Of a DNA stretch of 52,086 bases, positions 28,905 through 37,117 are shown piece after piece (the first letter of the stretch is position 1; each line of letters opens with the position of its first letter). The stretch is from an uncultured Gemmatimonadaceae bacterium (GTDB taxonomy: Bacteria; Latescibacterota; UBA2968; UBA8231). The notes under the pieces were generated by a model, which saw only the letters and a list, made by a program, of their open reading frames with translations, was not told the origin of the DNA and did not search any database. Location: contig CAZEHQ010000005.1 of NCBI GenBank assembly GCA_964512165.1, positions 1-52,086 of the forward strand. Direction: 5' to 3'. The position numbers and the translations under genes were made by a program.

Positions 28905-30289
28905 TGTGGCGCGACATCCACATCGAGGAGGTCCGCACCTGGACGAGGGCGGAGTGGAGAGGAGGGGAGGATCTCAGGGCGCGGCTGGCGACGGGTGTCT
29001 CCACCGACACTCGAACCCTCGAGCCCGGCGAGATCTTCGTGGCCCTGGCGGGCGAGCGCTTCGATGGCCACGACCATGTCTCCGAGGCCTTCGAGAGGGG
29101 CGCGAGTTCGGCCATCGTCGATCGCCGGCGGGTGGATGGTCTGCGGTTGACGGGCCCGGCCGGGGCGGCTTGTCTGATGGTCGTGGATTCTCCGGTGCGG
29201 GCGCTGGGCCGGATGGCCCGCCACTACCGCCGGCGATTCGACCTGCCCGTAGTCGCCATCACCGGCTCGTCCGGGAAAACGACGGTCAAGGAGATGGTCG
29301 CCGCGGTCCTCGGACGGCGGTTCCGGGTCCTGAAGACACCGGAGAACGAGAACAACGAGATCGGTGTGCCCCGGGCCCTGCTGGGACTGTCGGCGGATCA
29401 CTCCGCCGCGGTCCTCGAGCTCGCGGCGAGGCGGGTGGGGGACATCGAGTATCTGTGCCGGGTCGTGCAGCCTACGGTCGGGGTTCTGCTGAACATCGGC
29501 GCGGCGCACGCGGGTATATTTGGATCTGTAGAGAGAGTGGCCAAGGCCAAAGGGGAGCTCCTGGACGAAATCGTGGATGAGTCTTACGTGGCTCTCGTAA
29601 ACGCCGACGACTGTGTCATTGCCAGGGAGGCTAAGAGGACAAAGGGGAGACTCCTTGGCTTCGGTTGGCGGCGTGAGAGCCATTTCAGTGGGGAGGGACT
29701 CTTCCTCGACCAGGAGGGCTGCGGCCACTTCTCTCTACAGAATACCTCCTTCGATCTCCGCATCCCGGGGCGGCACAATGCGCACAACGCCCTGGCGGCC
29801 ATCGCATGTGCGCGCATGTGCGGCGTGCCTCTGGGGGAAGCCAGCGCCGCCCTGGGTGGGTTCCAGCCACTGCACATGCGCTCGGCCATTCTGCAGAGAC
29901 GGGGAGTGCGGGTGATCGACGACTCTTACAACGCCAACCCCGGCTCGGTTCGGGCCGCTCTGGATCTGACGGCGGAGATCCCCGTCAGAGGCCGCCGGGT
30001 GGCCGTCCTCGGCGACATGCTGGAGCTCGGCGATGCGAGCGCATCCCTTCACGAGGGTATCGGCCGCCACGCCGCAGACCGAGTCGATGTTCTGCTGGGC
30101 ACCGGTTCCCAGAGCGCGTACACGGTGCGTGCGGCCCGGGAGGCGGGGCTGGACCCGCGCCGGGCTCTTCACTTCGAGGACCGAGGCGAGCTGATCCACC
30201 ATCTGGAGCAGGAGGTTTCCGAAGGCGATCTGGTTCTCGTCAAGGGCTCTCGCGGCATGGCCCTCGAATCGGTCGTCGAGGCTTTGTAG
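28904..30289 (+). CDS. murF: UDP-MurNAc-tripeptide:D-Ala-D-Ala ligase
   Basis: GVSTDTRTLEPGEIFVAL.GERFDGHD.V..A...GA.A..V; ITGSSGKTTVKEM; NNEIGVP; IDDSYNANP.S..AAL; LGDM.ELG; VKGSRGM.LE.VV. The start ATG shares one base with the murE TAA (TAATG). Confidence 0.9.
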   Translation: MWRDIHIEEVRTWTRAEWRGGEDLRARLATGVSTDTRTLEPGEIFVALAGERFDGHDHVSEAFERGASSAIVDRRRVDGLRLTGPAGAACLMVVDSPVRALGRMARHYRRRFDLPVVAITGSSGKTTVKEMVAAVLGRRFRVLKTPENENNEIGVPRALLGLSADHSAAVLELAARRVGDIEYLCRVVQPTVGVLLNIGAAHAGIFGSVERVAKAKGELLDEIVDESYVALVNADDCVIAREAKRTKGRLLGFGWRRESHFSGEGLFLDQEGCGHFSLQNTSFDLRIPGRHNAHNALAAIACARMCGVPLGEASAALGGFQPLHMRSAILQRRGVRVIDDSYNANPGSVRAALDLTAEIPVRGRRVAVLGDMLELGDASASLHEGIGRHAADRVDVLLGTGSQSAYTVRAAREAGLDPRRALHFEDRGELIHHLEQEVSEGDLVLVKGSRGMALESVVEAL

Positions 30290-30432
30290 ACCCCGGTCCA
30301 TGCCGCCGTCCCCTCGGCGGCGCCGTCTGACAGGCAGTCCCCGCGCCATCCCCTGGCGCGGCCCGAGGTTGGTATCACCCTCCCCCGGCGCGCGGCTTCG
30401 CGCCCCCCTTTGTACTGACGCTGGCTCGAGTC

Positions 30433-31635
30433 ATGCCGGACGCCTCGCAACGTGCAGCTCGCCACGTTCTGCTGATCGCCACGATGCTCGTCGGCATCGG
30501 CGTCGTCATGGTGTACAGCTCCAGCTCGGCCCTGGCGGGAGCGAGGTTCGAGAACAGCGGGTTCTTCCTTCAGCGCCAGTTGATGAGGGCCGCCTTCGGC
30601 CTGATCATGATGCTCCTCCTCTCGCGGGTGCCCCTCTCTCTGTGGCGTCTGCTGGCGCGGCCCCTGCTCCTCGTGGGCGTCCTGCTCCTCGTCCTGGTGC
30701 TCATCCTGGGCGAAGGCCGGGGGGCGCAGCGCTGGCTTCCCTTCGGGCTGCCCTCCCTCGCCACCCTGTCCTTCCAACCCTCCGAGTTCGTCAAGCTCGT
30801 CCTCGTCCTCTACCTGGCAGACGTGCTGGCCCGGAAGCAGAGCGACATGGGCGACTGGAGACTGGGCCTCGCCCCCCGGCTCGCGGTGATCTCCGTCGTT
30901 CAGGTCCTGATCGTCCTGCAGCCCGACCTCGGCACGGCCCTGGCCATCAGCGCCATCTCCATGGTCATCCTCTGGCTCGGCGGAGCGGGCACCTCCCACC
31001 TGGCCCTTGTGGCCTCAGGGGCCGGCCTGGTGGCTGGCTGGTCGGTGCTGTCCTCGCCCTACCAGCTCGAGCGCGTTCGCACCTTTCTCGTGGGAGCGGA
31101 CCCGCAGGGGGCCGGCTTCCAGGTGGACCAGGCCCTGCTGGCTCTCGGCAGCGGTGGCTGGCTCGGCGTCGGCCTCGGCAACAGCATGCAGAAGCACTAC
31201 CTGCCAGAGCCGCATACCGACTTCGTCTTCGCCTTCGTCGGCGAGGAGCTCGGGCTGCTCGGCGCCCTGAGCATCATCTGCCTCTTCGTGGCCCTGTCCG
31301 TCCACGGCTACCGGATCGCCACGAGGGCCGCCTCCTTCCACGGATTCCTCGTGGCCTCCGGGATCACGGTGATGGTGGGGACCTACGCCCTACTCAACGT
31401 CGCCGTGGCCACCGGCCTCATGCCGACCACGGGACTGCCCCTGCCCTTCGTCAGCTACGGCGGGTCCTCGCTGCTGCTGAACCTGAGCGGCATCGGCCTT
31501 CTCGCCGCCGTGGCCCGCGAGAAGGCACCGGCCGCGTCGACGGCCTGGCGCCGGCGCGGTGAGTTGTCGCGGCCCCATCCACCGGGCACCGATGACTACT
31601 GGGTCCCACGCCCGGCACCGGCGGGCAGCCGATGA
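30433..31635 (+). CDS. ftsW: SEDS-family peptidoglycan glycosyltransferase FtsW
   Basis: About 10 TM helices with LQPSEFVKL, LQPDLGTA, EPHTDFVFAFVGEELGLLG and LPLPFVSYGGSSLL. Confidence 0.88.
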   Translation: MPDASQRAARHVLLIATMLVGIGVVMVYSSSSALAGARFENSGFFLQRQLMRAAFGLIMMLLLSRVPLSLWRLLARPLLLVGVLLLVLVLILGEGRGAQRWLPFGLPSLATLSFQPSEFVKLVLVLYLADVLARKQSDMGDWRLGLAPRLAVISVVQVLIVLQPDLGTALAISAISMVILWLGGAGTSHLALVASGAGLVAGWSVLSSPYQLERVRTFLVGADPQGAGFQVDQALLALGSGGWLGVGLGNSMQKHYLPEPHTDFVFAFVGEELGLLGALSIICLFVALSVHGYRIATRAASFHGFLVASGITVMVGTYALLNVAVATGLMPTTGLPLPFVSYGGSSLLLNLSGIGLLAAVAREKAPAASTAWRRRGELSRPHPPGTDDYWVPRPAPAGSR

Positions 31636-33035
31636 GCATGACCCTTCGGGACCGCGGAGCCCGTGCCGGAGGACCTCTCGGAGCGGGGGTGAGGCGAGTG
31701 CACATGGTCGGCATAGGCGGCGCCGGCATGGAGGCCCTGGCACGGCTCCTGGTCGATCTCGGCTACCGGGTGAGCGGCTCCGACGCAGCCGCTGGCCCCG
31801 GGGTCACCGACCTGCGGCAGTCGGGTATTCCCGTCCGCGTCGGCCACGACGCGTCGCAAGTCGAGGGCGCCGACCTCCTCGTGCACTCCCTGGCCGTGGA
31901 CGAGGAGAACTGCGAGCGGAGAGCCGCGACGCGTCTGGGGATCGCGCAGTGGTCGAGAGCCCGCGCCCTGGGCGCCGTGAGCCGCACCTGCGATACGGTG
32001 GCCGTGGCCGGCACCCACGGCAAGACGACGACGGCTTCCCTGATTGCCGGTGCCCTGCGCTGCGCCGGGCAGGAGCCCCGGGTCGCCATCGGCGGCTGGA
32101 TGGGGGGGCGTCCGCAACCGACGGCCCGGTCCGGAGACCTGCTGGTGGTCGAGGCGGACGAGTACCGCCGCGCCTTCCACGAGCTCGAGCCCTGGATCTC
32201 GGTTGTCACCAACATCGAGATGGAGCACGTCGACTGCTATGACGGCCGCGACGACCTCGTCGAGGCCTTCGGCGTCTTCGTCTCCCGGCGCCGGCGCTGC
32301 GGCGGCGTCGCCGTCAATGGCGACGACGAGCTTTGCCGGGCGGCGGTGCGGTCGCGGGCGGACGCGGCCCTGACCTACGGTTTCGGCCCCTCCTGCCAGG
32401 TGCGCGCCGAAGCCCTGGCGCCGACGGGCACGGGGTCGGCCTTCGCCGTCCACCTGGACGGAGAACGTCGGCCGGTCGACCTGGGCGTCCCGGGGAGGCA
32501 CAATGTCAGCAACGCCCTGGCGGCCATCGCCGCGACCCGCCTGATGGGCCTGGCCTGGGAGCCGGTCTCCTCGGCCCTGAGCCGCTTCACCGGGGTGGAC
32601 CGGCGCTACCAGTCCCGGGGGGAGGTGGAGGGGGTGGCCATCGTCGACGACTACGCGCACCATCCGACGGAGGTCTCGGCCACGGTGGCGACGGCAGCGG
32701 CCACCGGGAGAAGGGTGACCGCCGTCTTCCAGCCTCACACCTACTCCCGTACGCGCCACTTCCGCGAGGCCTTTGCCGAGTCCCTGCTCAACGCCCACAG
32801 GGTGTGCGTGACCTCCGTCTATGCGGCCCGGGAGAGCCCGGACCTGGGTGACGAGGGAGATGTCATCGTCGACGAATTGCGGCGCCTGGGACACCATCGG
32901 GCGCGCTTCGTGGCCGAGGCCGACCTGGCCCTGTCCCGCTCCCTGGCGGAGTGCGCCGCCGGTGACCTTCTCCTGGTGATGGGGGCCGGGGACATCGGCG
33001 ACCACCTCGGGGACCTTCTGGAGGGGACGGCCTAA
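31632..33035 (+). CDS. murC: UDP-N-acetylmuramate:L-alanine ligase
   Basis: VHMVGIGGAGM.ALA..L...GY.VSGSD; VAVAGTHGKTTT.SL.A; EADEY.R.F..L.P....VTNIE.EH.D.Y; DDYAHHPTE. The ATG overlaps the ftsW stop (ATGA). Confidence 0.9.
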   Translation: MSMTLRDRGARAGGPLGAGVRRVHMVGIGGAGMEALARLLVDLGYRVSGSDAAAGPGVTDLRQSGIPVRVGHDASQVEGADLLVHSLAVDEENCERRAATRLGIAQWSRARALGAVSRTCDTVAVAGTHGKTTTASLIAGALRCAGQEPRVAIGGWMGGRPQPTARSGDLLVVEADEYRRAFHELEPWISVVTNIEMEHVDCYDGRDDLVEAFGVFVSRRRRCGGVAVNGDDELCRAAVRSRADAALTYGFGPSCQVRAEALAPTGTGSAFAVHLDGERRPVDLGVPGRHNVSNALAAIAATRLMGLAWEPVSSALSRFTGVDRRYQSRGEVEGVAIVDDYAHHPTEVSATVATAAATGRRVTAVFQPHTYSRTRHFREAFAESLLNAHRVCVTSVYAARESPDLGDEGDVIVDELRRLGHHRARFVAEADLALSRSLAECAAGDLLLVMGAGDIGDHLGDLLEGTA

Positions 33036-33893
33036 ATGACGCCGCGGAAGAAGGCGAGGCAGGCCGGGGTGCCCATGGCCTCCCCGGCCGGGGCTCCGGG
33101 ACACCCGTGGCGGCGGCCCTTGCTGGCGGCGGGCCTGGCGGCGGCGACCGCCCTGACTCTCGGCTTGCGGGGAGCGCAGTCGACGCCGATGGAGTCTCCC
33201 TTCCGCGTCGACATCCTCGAGGTGCGAGGCCTCCGCCTGCTGCACGGGGAAATGATTCTCGCCGCCAGCGGCATCGAGGCGGGGGCGGAACTCTTCGACA
33301 TCGATCCGGACCGGCTGGCCGAGCGACTCAGGCGCCTGGTGTGGGTGCGGGAGGCGCGGGTGGTGCGCAGGCCTCCGGACCGGCTCATCGTCCATCTCGA
33401 GGAACGCCGCCGGACCGCCTGGGTCGACTGGCAAGGCGTCCAGTACGGCCTCGACCCGGAAGGGGTCCTGCTGCCGCCCGAGCGACTGCCCGCGGAGGGC
33501 ATCGAGGATCTCGACCTGCCGGTGTTGCGGGTACGCTCCCTGGTCGCGGGGGGGGACACGGTGAGGGCGGGGAAGGTAGTGACCGACAGCACCGCTCTCC
33601 GATTGCTGGGGTGGCTGCGTGAGGCTTCGGAGCAGACTCCCGACCTGGCCGCGGAGATCTCCCAACTGAGCGATCTCGATGGTTTCAGCCTGGGGATGCG
33701 GCTGGTGGCCGACGGGCTCGAAGTCCGGGTCCCTCCGGACCGAGTGGAGGAGCGGATGGCCGTTCTGCGGGAGGTCCTCAAGCGCGTCTACCGGGAGGTT
33801 CCAGACCCCTCCTACGTCGATCTGAGGTTTGCGGGCCAGGCCGTCGTCGGCTCGCACAAGGAGAAGGGATGGCCGCGGAGAGGGACGGGGTAG
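33036..33893 (+). CDS. ftsQ: Cell-division protein FtsQ/DivIB (POTRA domain)
   Basis: N-terminal TM, then F.V..I.V.G.R.L....I...SGI..G..LF.ID.......L..L.WV..A.V.R..P..L.V.L.ER (POTRA). Canonical position immediately after murC. Confidence 0.75.
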   Translation: MTPRKKARQAGVPMASPAGAPGHPWRRPLLAAGLAAATALTLGLRGAQSTPMESPFRVDILEVRGLRLLHGEMILAASGIEAGAELFDIDPDRLAERLRRLVWVREARVVRRPPDRLIVHLEERRRTAWVDWQGVQYGLDPEGVLLPPERLPAEGIEDLDLPVLRVRSLVAGGDTVRAGKVVTDSTALRLLGWLREASEQTPDLAAEISQLSDLDGFSLGMRLVADGLEVRVPPDRVEERMAVLREVLKRVYREVPDPSYVDLRFAGQAVVGSHKEKGWPRRGTG

Positions 33894-33970
33894 CAAGGAC
33901 CCCAATGGGCGGGCCCACCACCGGAAGAGATGACGGGAGCAGAAACCAACAACCGAAGGAGAGCAGGAAC

Positions 33971-35077
33971 ATGACTTTCGAGATCATCGACTTCGAGCGC
34001 AGCGCAAACATCAAGGTCGTCGGTGTCGGAGGCGCCGGCGGCAACGCCATCAACCGGATGGTGGCCTCGGGTATGCGCGGCGTGGAGTTCGTCGCCGTCA
34101 ACACGGACAGCCAGGACCTCGAGGCGTCGTCCGCGGATGTCGGCATCTGCATCGGCGAGAGCGTCACTCGAGGCCTGGGCGCCGGCGCCAAACCCGAGAT
34201 CGGACGCGCCTCGATCGAGGAAGACCGCGACCGGGTCGCCGAGAGGCTGCAGGACACCGACCTGGTGTTCATCACGGCGGGGATGGGAGGAGGCACGGGG
34301 ACCGGGGCGGCGCCGATAGCCGCCCAGATCGCCAAGGAACTGGGCTCCCTCACCGTGGGAATCGTGACCGAGCCTTTCCACTTCGAGGGGCTTCCCCGGA
34401 TGCGCAATGCCCAGGCGGGCATCTCGGAGTTGCAGGAGCACGTGGACACGCTGATCGTGATCAAGAACGAGCGCCTCCTGTCGATCGTCTCCCGGGACAC
34501 CACCTTGGAGGAGGCCTTCAACCAGGCCGACGAAGTGCTGTTGCAGGCCACCCGGGGCATCGCCGATCTGATCACCATCCCCGGCATGATCAACCTCGAC
34601 TTCAACGATGTGAGGACGGTGATCACCGAGGGCGGCGACGCGATCATCGCCGTCGGCGCCCACCAGGGGGAGAACCGGGCCGTGGAGGCGGCCAAGAAAG
34701 CGATCAAGAGCCCCCTCATCGGCGAGATCTCCATCAACGGCGCCCGGGGAGCGCTGATCAACATCACCGCCGGCTCGAGCCTCACCCTCTTCGAGGCCAA
34801 CGAAGCGGCGCAGATCATCCAGGAGGCCGCGGGAAGCGAGGCCAACATCATCTTCGGGACGGTGATCGACCCGGCCATCGAGGACGAGATGCGGGTTACC
34901 GTCATCGCCACCGGCTTCCACCTCAACCAGCGGCCCACGCACTTCGATCCCGAGCCGGCGGCACCCCAGGCCCGCCCGCAGCGCGGCCAGGCTCAGCCCG
35001 AGGCGGAGGCCGGGGCGGGGGCTTCCGAGTGGGGCGATCTCGACTACCCGGCCGTCCTGAGGCGTCGAATGGCCTGA
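33971..35077 (+). CDS. ftsZ: Cell-division GTPase FtsZ
   Basis: IKVVGVGGAGGNAINRM, AGMGGGTGTGAAPIAA, NLDFNDV, and the C-terminal conserved peptide DLDYPAVLRRR. ATG at 33971 lies 7 nt after AAGGAGAGCAGG. Confidence 0.95.
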   Translation: MTFEIIDFERSANIKVVGVGGAGGNAINRMVASGMRGVEFVAVNTDSQDLEASSADVGICIGESVTRGLGAGAKPEIGRASIEEDRDRVAERLQDTDLVFITAGMGGGTGTGAAPIAAQIAKELGSLTVGIVTEPFHFEGLPRMRNAQAGISELQEHVDTLIVIKNERLLSIVSRDTTLEEAFNQADEVLLQATRGIADLITIPGMINLDFNDVRTVITEGGDAIIAVGAHQGENRAVEAAKKAIKSPLIGEISINGARGALINITAGSSLTLFEANEAAQIIQEAAGSEANIIFGTVIDPAIEDEMRVTVIATGFHLNQRPTHFDPEPAAPQARPQRGQAQPEAEAGAGASEWGDLDYPAVLRRRMA

Positions 35078-35177
35078 TGGCATCCGCCGGCGGTTGCGCC
35101 GCCGCCTGGCCGGAGCTATTATCGGTTTCCGTAACTCCTTGACCAGTGTGAGCTTACCAGTCCGGGGCATTCGCGAG

Positions 35178-35630
35178 ATGGATGTGCGCGTCGGTATCGT
35201 CATGGGAAGCCGCTCCGATGAGCCGGTGATGGCCCAGGCCAGGGTCCTGCTCGAGGAGTTCGGCATCGGCTCCGAGACCGTAGTCAGTTCCGCCCACCGC
35301 AACCCGGAGCGCACCGCCGCCTGGGCGCGCGATGCTGCCGGGCGCGGTTTCAGGGTGCTCATCGCCGGCGCCGGCATGGCGGCGGCTCTCCCGGGTGTGG
35401 TGGCCGCGCACACGACCCTGCCCGTGGTCGGCGTTCCCATCGCCTCCGGCGCGCTCAACGGTGTCGATGCCCTGTACGCCATCGTGCAGATGCCGCCGGG
35501 TGTCCCGGTGGCCACGGTGGGAATCGACAATGCCCGCAACGCCGCCCTCCTGGCGGCGCAGATCCTCGCTCTCGAAGACCGGGCGGTCGCCGACGCCCTG
35601 ACTCGCTACCGGGAGCAGTGGAACGCGTAG
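35178..35630 (+). CDS. purE: N5-carboxyaminoimidazole ribonucleotide mutase
   Basis: VGIVMGSRSD..VM..A...L.EFGI......VSAHR.PE........A...G..V.IAGAG.AA.LPG.VAA.T.LPV.GVP......NG.DAL..IVQMP.GVPVATV.I. Confidence 0.92.
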   Translation: MDVRVGIVMGSRSDEPVMAQARVLLEEFGIGSETVVSSAHRNPERTAAWARDAAGRGFRVLIAGAGMAAALPGVVAAHTTLPVVGVPIASGALNGVDALYAIVQMPPGVPVATVGIDNARNAALLAAQILALEDRAVADALTRYREQWNA

Positions 35631-35720
35631 TGCTGGGGGCCGCGCCAGCCGTCCGCCGAGACCTGCGGATCCGGCGGCGCGGCCGGTCCGAGCAGGAATA
35701 CCGAAAGGAACGCATGCCCC

Positions 35721-36557
35721 GTGCCTGACCGAAGACGCATCTCCAAGCTCCTCTCCCTCATCCTCCGCCATCATCCCGACGAGTTCGGGCTGAACATGGA
35801 CGAGTACGGATACATGCCTCTCGACGAGGTGGTGGAGGCCGTGCAGCAGCGCTACGCTGCCGTCGAGGAGGAGGACATCCGCGACCTCATCGAGACCTCC
35901 CGCCAGCGGCGTTTCGAGATCGTCGACGATCGCATCCGGGCCCTCTACGGCCACACCTTCTACGTCGAGATGGACGGGGAGCCGATGGATCCTCCCGAGA
36001 GCCTGTTCCTGTGCGTCTCGGCGGCACAGGTGCGGCGCATGAAGGAGGAAGGTATCCGCTCGGAGGACCGCTCCTACCTGCACCTGTCCCCCACCCGCGA
36101 GATCGCCGAGTCGCGCGCCGGAGCGGTGACCGACCCTTGTGTCGTCGAGGTCTTTGCCGAGTCCGCGGCACGCGAGGCCGAGGTGGAGTTCTGGGACCGC
36201 GGAGAGGTCGTGCTGACGCGGCAGACCATCGCCACCGAGTTCGTCGGAGAGGCCATCGAGGTCGAGGCCCCTCCGGCCGTCGACGGGGGACGTGAATCCC
36301 GCGGAGGCCGGCGAGGCCGGCGCGGACGCGACGGCCGGGGCAGGGGGGAGCGCTCAGGGGGCGACTCCGGGCAGGGGCAGCGGCCCCCGAGGGAGCGGCC
36401 CCCCGCGGAGCGGGCGCCCGAGTCGGGTAGCCCGGCCCCTCGCCGGGAGGCGCCGATGCTGACGGCCCCCGTGCGGGGCAACGGCGAGGCCCCCGGGCGG
36501 CAGGAGATCAGCTACGGCCGCCGCCCGAAGTTCGAGCAGGGGTCCGGACGGCGCTGA
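35721..36557 (+). CDS. kptA: RNA 2'-phosphotransferase (Tpt1/KptA family) with an Arg/Gly/Pro-rich tail of about 95 aa
   Basis: Colinear with KptA: ISKLLSLILRHHPDEFGL..D..G......V; RRFEI...RIRALYGHT; DRSYLHLS. The residues of the R-H-R-R catalytic tetrad are present. From about 36270 the sequence becomes RESRGGRRGRRGRDGRGRGERSGG.. GTG start. Confidence 0.8.
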   Translation: MPDRRRISKLLSLILRHHPDEFGLNMDEYGYMPLDEVVEAVQQRYAAVEEEDIRDLIETSRQRRFEIVDDRIRALYGHTFYVEMDGEPMDPPESLFLCVSAAQVRRMKEEGIRSEDRSYLHLSPTREIAESRAGAVTDPCVVEVFAESAAREAEVEFWDRGEVVLTRQTIATEFVGEAIEVEAPPAVDGGRESRGGRRGRRGRDGRGRGERSGGDSGQGQRPPRERPPAERAPESGSPAPRREAPMLTAPVRGNGEAPGRQEISYGRRPKFEQGSGRR

Positions 36558-36776
36558 GGCTCGCGGGCAGCCCGTCCGCCGCCTCCGGCCCTTGGGCCGG
36601 GCCGTCCCGCCCGACCCCCGAAGGGCTCTTCTGCCAGACAGCCTCCTTTGCCCGGCCGGGCGAGGGGGATTCCGAAGCCCCTTCCGGCCCTCCTGACGAG
36701 GGCCGTCCCGGCGGGTTGCCCCGGGGCTCCCGGTGGTGGAAGTTCACTGCCAGGACGCTCGAACCGGGAGGGGACC

Positions 36777-37115
36777 GTGAAGAAGATCGAGGCCTACATC
36801 AAGCCCTTCAAGCTGGACGATGTGAAGACGGCGCTGGCCGAGGTCGGCGTGCAGGGGATGTCGGTGAGCGAGGTGCGGGGTTTCGGCCGGCAGAGAGGGC
36901 ACAGCGAGGTCTATCGCGGCGCCGAGTACACGGTCGATTTCATGCCCAAGATCAAGATAGAGGTCATCCTCTCTCCGGAGAGCCTTCAGGAGGCGGTGGA
37001 GGCCATCCTCGAAGGAGCCCGGACCGGACAGGTGGGCGATGGCAAGATCGTGGTCTCCGATCTCCAGGAGGTGATCCGCATCCGTACGGGTGAATCGGGC
37101 GAGAACGCGGTGTAA
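36777..37115 (+). CDS. glnB: Nitrogen regulatory protein P-II
   Basis: [52 protein letters not shown]......L......I...ARTG..GDGKI.V.....[11 protein letters not shown] at 36777 follows GGGAGGGG. 112 aa. Confidence 0.93.
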   Translation: MKKIEAYIKPFKLDDVKTALAEVGVQGMSVSEVRGFGRQRGHSEVYRGAEYTVDFMPKIKIEVILSPESLQEAVEAILEGARTGQVGDGKIVVSDLQEVIRIRTGESGENAV

Positions 37116-37117
37116 CC

